Part shown: positions 63,511 through 64,000 of the stretch, in pieces
Numbering within the stretch: position 1 is the first letter of the stretch
Layout: every line of letters starts with the position of its first letter
Source of the DNA: Eledone cirrhosa
Taxonomy: Eukaryota
Assembly (NCBI GenBank): GCA_964016885.1
Contig: OZ024747.1
Coordinates: 13,764,001-13,828,000 of the forward strand
Reading direction: 5' to 3'
DNA: 64,000 bases
Notes under the pieces: generated by a model
The model's input: the letters and a program-made list of their open reading frames with translations, nothing else
Database searches by the model: none
Told to the model about the DNA's origin: nothing
Program-made: the position numbers and the translations under genes

Positions 63511-64000
63511 GATAGTAATACTATCTTTTGTTGCTAATTGAACAATTAATATGTGATTTGTTTCTAAAACGACCAGATTAAGCTCTGGTCTATTGGATAT
63601 ATTCAGGAAGTCTACCTTGGAAAAAAGAAAAACAAACCCTTTTACGATATTATTAATGAAATATCAGCAGTTTAACACCCATTTTCCCACACAATCGTGG
63701 GTTAGACGAGTTGCCCCATTGTGATACAAGCCTGGTCCGATGACCATCTCTTGCTCATACAGAACTAGTTTTGGCTTTATTTCTATGGATGGATACCCTT
63801 CCTAACACCAACCACATTTACAGTGTGCGTAAGAAATACATTATATAAATTAATGAAAGGATATGGAAGGACTTACTAAAATTATCATGGTATTTGTAAC
63901 AGAACTTTGATATGTTCTATATCAAACAAATTAATTTAGATAGGAACCTTTTTAAATTGAGTGGTTTTGTTTCATAGAACAAGATTGTATCTATCATTCA

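Overview
Eukaryotic, AT-rich, microsatellite- and transposon-dense DNA. The repeat families look octopus/cephalopod-like, but that assignment is inference. The only protein-coding gene I can support is a + strand syntaxin-6 (Qc-SNARE) orthologue. Coding exons 2-8 lie at 32594-32763, 48643-48737, 53145-53207, 53896-54015, 56678-56784, 57608-57702 and 58724-58800. I did not find exon 1, so it is probably upstream and the first ~32.6 kb would be intron 1. The highlight is intron 2 (32764-48642, 15.9 kb). It is a minor-spliceosome (U12-type) intron with an ATATCCTTT donor and a CCTTAAC branch site, and it must end in AA (AT-AA) to keep the frame. An AG one base further on would allow in-frame, major-spliceosome skipping of exon 2. 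The intron also contains a candidate U2-type exon encoding a hydrophobic peptide. The rest of the window is 5'-truncated LINEs (CR1-like, Tx1/L1-like, RTE-like), two tRNA-derived SINE families, TTAA/CCC piggyBac-type MITEs, Tc1/pogo-type MITEs, a Helitron cluster with a fold-back junction, a LINE-derived 112-bp tandem array, degenerate hammerhead-like motifs and several long hairpins. Most ORFs in the supplied track are microsatellite artefacts.
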